DNA from: Squalus acanthias
Taxonomy: Eukaryota
Assembly (NCBI GenBank): GCA_030390025.1
Contig: JASTWF010000363.1
Span: 62,001 to 126,000, forward strand
Length of the DNA stretch: 64,000 nt
Direction of reading: 5' to 3'
Shown one piece after another: positions 62,829 through 64,000 of the stretch. Below the pieces are notes generated by a model, which had not been told where the DNA came from, did no database searches, and saw only the letters and a program-made list of their open reading frames with translations. Each line of letters begins with the position of its first letter. Within the stretch, counting starts at the first letter, position 1. The position numbers were made by a program, and so were the translations under genes.

Positions 62829-64000
62829 TGATTTGGACCCTTGCACCTTCACATGCTTGCTTGCATCTGTTAATCATCATGTTACAGTTATATACACAGT
62901 TTGACCTTCAAGTATAAAGTCATTGCAAGCTGTCCCACTGGATCGAAGGACCCTGTACTTCCTCCATGCTGGAATCTACACCAGTGAACATGTTATGCTG
63001 TCACTGACAGGAGTAGAACTGATCTGACAATATGAAAATAGCTTGACAATTTTTTTTACAAGACGAGATTGAGTGGTGCAGTGAGTTCCGCTGAAAGGCA
63101 GTTTTCTTCCTGGGTGGAAAGTCAGCATAAGGTTCGTGGGGCTGGAACTCTGCCCATCTCAGTGGCTGTCCTTGAATACAGTCAATTTCCCGGAGACAGT
63201 CATTTAAATATCTTAGTCAGACTCCCAGCGGGATTCCCACCTGCATTGGGGAGGGCGGGCTGCCTCTTTGGGGACTGGAGGAATGCTGTGGCACCCTTGG
63301 GTGCCTACTGCAACGTTTCTGGGTTGGTTGCTTCCAGGGCAGCTGAAGAGGAGCCTCAATCTTTTATAAATAACATTTTTTAAATTGCAATGGATTACAT
63401 TTCCTTGGCGATTTTAAAAATTAGGACCCTGCTCATGCCATGCTATAGCAGCATTTTGCTCCAGGAACAAGTGTTCCCAGCACTCAATGTTGCTATGGGG
63501 AAAATGATGGTAAATACATGACATTACTTATTCTTGTAATTTATTTATAATTACAGTACGCCTGCCCGTATTAGGGTTTCTTGCAGGAACTCCCAGAAGT
63601 GGGTGGTGGCGGGTGGGGACCTAGTGGAATGATTCCCTGTCCAATTTTTCTTCCCTGCCTTTCCTGTTTAGCAGTACAACCCAATAGGGAATTGGGCCCT
63701 TGACTGTTTATTTCTATACCTGGGTTTAAATCCGACTCAAATTGGATGATAATCTCATCGGTCAGTTGGCTGTAAGGCCCATGCATGCGATGATTTTGGT
63801 CTGCCTCAAAACCAGCTCGTAACCAGCATGGAATCGCAGCAAAAACAATTGCCCCGAATTTGGCACTAATTGGACAAAATAAAATGGGCAATATGCTGTT
63901 TACTGATACAAAAGCTTCTCCAGGTAATAGGAACAGACAAATATTGAGGAATAAAGGGCTATGGGGATCCGGCTGGCTGGTCCTAGATTTGTTGGTTCTA

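Overview
Eukaryotic vertebrate genomic DNA; the repeat families suggest a cartilaginous fish (inference). The window holds two tandem, same-strand TTC38-like genes. Copy A contributes its last three coding exons (6703-18941) and copy B its coding exons 1-8 (30120-62819); all have GT-AG sites and compatible phases. Introns and the spacer are dense with nested transposons: PIF/Harbinger elements (decayed transposase, spliced Myb/SANT gene, MITEs with 3-bp TSDs), an RTE LINE, CR1 and L2 LINEs, tRNA-derived SINEs and Penelope-like elements (PLEs). One PLE has an uninterrupted RT + GIY-YIG ORF. Most notable: (i) minimal hammerhead-ribozyme cores of two sequence families in PLE-type repeats, with copies whose core is precisely deleted or split by a MITE at the predicted cleavage site; (ii) an ORF1-less LINE whose 5' end is a tRNA-SINE head plus a central domain shared with neighbouring SINEs; (iii) the TTC38 duplication with substitutions in conserved motifs. 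Homology calls come from motif recognition and memory, not database searches.
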